Shown piece by piece: positions 62,932-64,000 of a stretch of DNA of 64,000 nucleotides. Made by a program: the position numbers and the translations under genes. Source of the stretch: Fimicolochytrium jonesii (Eukaryota). The stretch covers positions 248,001 to 312,000 of the forward strand of contig NW_026515677.1 of assembly GCF_025526975.1 (NCBI RefSeq). Reading direction: 5' to 3'. Numbering within the stretch: position 1 is the stretch's first letter; every line of letters begins with the position of its first letter. The notes beneath the pieces were generated by a model. That model was not told the origin of the DNA. It did no database searches and saw only the letters and a program-made list of their open reading frames with translations.

Positions 62932-64000
62932 TCAAGCATGCACGGGCGTTGCTGATCGCTCACCGTTGAGCGATTTTTTACTTTGCGTCCGGCTAGGAGT
63001 TCTGAGAGGCTGCGTCGTTTGCGATTGAGAAGTCAGAGACTGACGGCTTCCGGAACGGCTCAGAGGCCGAGACCCCGCACTGCTACCAGCTATATATGTC
63101 GGAACTGGCGCGGTATAAGTGTCAGCCGCCCGTTTGAGATTCTGCTCCGCCTTTTCCGTGATTGGAAATTTGGGAGTCTCGACGTTCGAGCCGTATTCTT
63201 GCCCACCCGTCACGAGCTGATCCCGCAACGAAAGATTGTACGTCGATGCTGGCAACGGTTGGGATGCTGCCAAATCTACGCTGCGCGAGCGTTCAGGCTG
63301 AGAGCCTTGTAAGTTTTGAGCACTACGCAGGCTCTTCCTCGAACCCGATTTCGTTAGGTCCTGACGGTTGCCGTTCTTCTGCTGACCCGCGTCACTCACA
63401 TTGGCGACACTGGCTGCGTTGGACTGCGGAAGTCCGATGGCGGCGGCTATGTCGACACTCTTCGCAGTGCGCGGGTTGACAATGTCCGCCGTGCTGGAAT
63501 GTTTGTCGGCATGTCCCCGCACGTCCACAGGTGGCGGAGGAACATCCGGGGGTCCATCAGAGTCCACGCGTCGATGACTTTTGTCGGCCGATGCGTGATC
63601 GTTGAGCATGGGGGTGCTCCGGCCGAGTTTTCCGGAAGCGCCGTCCAGGTTTCGCGCGCTACCTGCACGAGAACTCGGCTTGGCGAGGTTCGACTGGCTC
63701 TTGGACTTTTGCTGGTGCTGGCGGAGATCATGTTTGCTTCCCGCGACACTCTGAGCATTGGACGCAGGAAGTGGGACATTGGCAGCGAGATCCGTGCTCC
63801 TCGCTTTGCTTAGGCTTTGAGTACTGTGTGATGGCACTTCTGACACATTGTGGTCTGATTTGACAATATATGCTCCAGGTAGGGTCGTCGTATCGGTCAA
63901 AGCCTGGGTGCTGCCTGCGACTCTGTTGGTGCTACCACTGGCAGTATCGCTCCGACGCACATCGGCTCTACTCGAAGAGTTGATGTTTGCGGTGCTCTGA
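62932..64000 (-). CDS. Ser-rich low-complexity protein, 3' part (starts beyond the window end)
   Basis: Open frame of at least 342 aa with a recurring SxDLAAxxPLPxS motif. Confidence 0.6.
   Translation of the reverse strand, partial: QSTANINSSSRADVRRSDTASGSTNRVAGSTQALTDTTTLPGAYIVKSDHNVSEVPSHSTQSLSKARSTDLAANVPLPASNAQSVAGSKHDLRQHQQKSKSQSNLAKPSSRAGSARNLDGASGKLGRSTPMLNDHASADKSHRRVDSDGPPDVPPPPVDVRGHADKHSSTADIVNPRTAKSVDIAAAIGLPQSNAASVANVSDAGQQKNGNRQDLTKSGSRKSLRSAQNLQGSQPERSRSVDLAASQPLPASTYNLSLRDQLVTGGQEYGSNVETPKFPITEKAEQNLKRAADTYTAPVPTYIAGSSAGSRPLSRSGSRQSLTSQSQTTQPLRTPSRTQSKKSLNGERSATPVHA

Overview
Intron-rich eukaryotic DNA, most likely from a zoosporic (chytrid-type) fungus: it has short GT-AG introns, fungal FOL1, PET191 and FMP25 homologues, and an axonemal dynein heavy chain. 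Most of the window is ordinary host genes. The standout is a ~6.3 kb island (~19.2-25.5 kb) with four parts: (1) a decayed Crypton/Ndc10-type tyrosine recombinase gene with a GCR1_C-like tail; (2) an apparently intact, divergent histone H3/CenH3-like gene; (3) an unknown ORF; (4) nine copies of an imperfect palindrome (AAGCTGAGG...CCTCAGCTT), each exactly 71 bp, spaced 0.44-0.98 kb apart. Six copies lie inside predicted introns of the island's own genes and the other three touch splice-site-like sequences. Also notable are a carboxylesterase-ABCG transporter fusion gene lying tail-to-tail with an ordinary ABCG gene, and an animal-like R7-family RGS protein (DEP-DHEX-GGL-RGS). All gene models and family calls were made by eye from motifs and splice signals; no database searches were run.
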